NCBI GenBank assembly: GCA_002256025.1
Contig: NKIB01012851.1
Coordinates: forward strand, 49,166 to 69,165
DNA from: Asterionella formosa
Lineage: Eukaryota
DNA length: 20,000 nt
Reading direction: 5' to 3'
This document shows, one piece after another, positions 19,142-20,000 of the stretch. Below the pieces are notes generated by a model. The model ran no database searches and was not told the origin of the DNA. It saw only the letters and a list, made by a program, of their open reading frames with translations. A program made the translations under genes and the position numbers. Position 1 is the stretch's first letter, and each line of letters begins with the position of its first letter.

Positions 19142-20000
19142 CAATTTGGACATCCAGTGCATATTATCGATGATAATACAAAAATTGTAAATAATTATCG
19201 ATATTCCATTAGTGAACGAAAATAGTCATTCAAAATTTAGTTAGGAAAATATTCTATCATCATTGATAGTAATTATTCTCGATTTGCTACATATTTAGTC
19301 AAAAAAATTATCACGAATTCCCAAAAAAGGAATTGTTCATTTAGAAAAACTTTTGTGCAAGAAGAATGGTATTTTCTCTGATGGACGTCAGGCATGTTGA
19401 GGTCAGTTTGGAGACAATGGCAGAGAAATTGAGTGACTTGCTTGAGTAGTGCCCTTGTCAGCGGATTTAATTTCGCTCAGATTCACAAGTACTACGCACG
19501 GCTGACACCGTGGTGCTTGCGGAGGACATGCCAGGGGGGGGGGGAAGTCAAAGCGCCGCCCCCCCCCCCCCCCCCCGGTGCAGGTACTGATAGACCTGAG
19601 GAAGGCGGAGCAGCATTGTTCTTCAAGGAGGTAGATGGAGTCGTCGGAAGGGTTACTAGGAGGTTTGGAGGCATCTCGGGGGCCCCAGTTGGCGTCGTTG
19701 TAGGGGCGGGTTAAGGAGGCGGGGGTCATCCTTGGGCCAGCCAAAGGTGGTAGATGAGGAGTGAGAAGAGGCGGAATGGGATGAAAAGGTTAGCCCATGA
19801 GTGAGGGAGCTGTCAGGGTAGCATAACACATAGTATTTAGCCCCAAGGAGGTGGGCAGGAGTAGCAAGAAGGGCATCTAAGCCGCGTATTACGTGAAGTG
19901 ACCATCACGTAAATAAGCCTAGTTGATTTTGAATGCATCACATGAATTAGTTGAATACATCAAAATACGTAGTTGAACATGTCTATATATTATCTGAATA

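Noticed and set aside
19800..19890. HDV-like ribozyme at a retroelement 5' end (CCACCTCCTTGG on the minus strand)
   Set aside because: An L3-like loop is present but there is no convincing P1/P2 pairing.

Overview
Eukaryotic genomic DNA, probably from a diatom or other stramenopile (inferred from short GT-AG introns, gene style and TE types; not proven). Four intact protein-coding genes form two convergent pairs. Pair 1 is a PGAP1/Bst1-like GPI inositol-deacylase (2811-4700,+) facing an uncharacterised type-I membrane protein (4837-5943,-). Pair 2 is a three-exon YAK1/DYRK-family kinase (10684-14208,+) facing a two-exon DHHC palmitoyltransferase (14373-15603,-). The intervening DNA is AT-rich and contains mobile-element debris: a decayed DD39D-type mariner transposase (~6440-7800,-), a fragment of a second putative DDE transposase (~17107-17300,+) and a 10-N assembly gap. 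The least expected signals are two mutually unrelated tRNA-derived, SINE-like elements. One (7398-7597) has A/B boxes and a perfect 13-bp flanking duplication and appears to sit inside the mariner relic. The other (1085-1426) has a tRNA-Gln-like head, a second B box and a structured body. Also notable are a ~0.9-kb cluster of GGTACC/CCTGGTA/ACCGGT palindromic motifs upstream of the kinase, an isolated hairpin and an orphan ORF with a KOW-like motif. I found no convincing multi-gene novel system.
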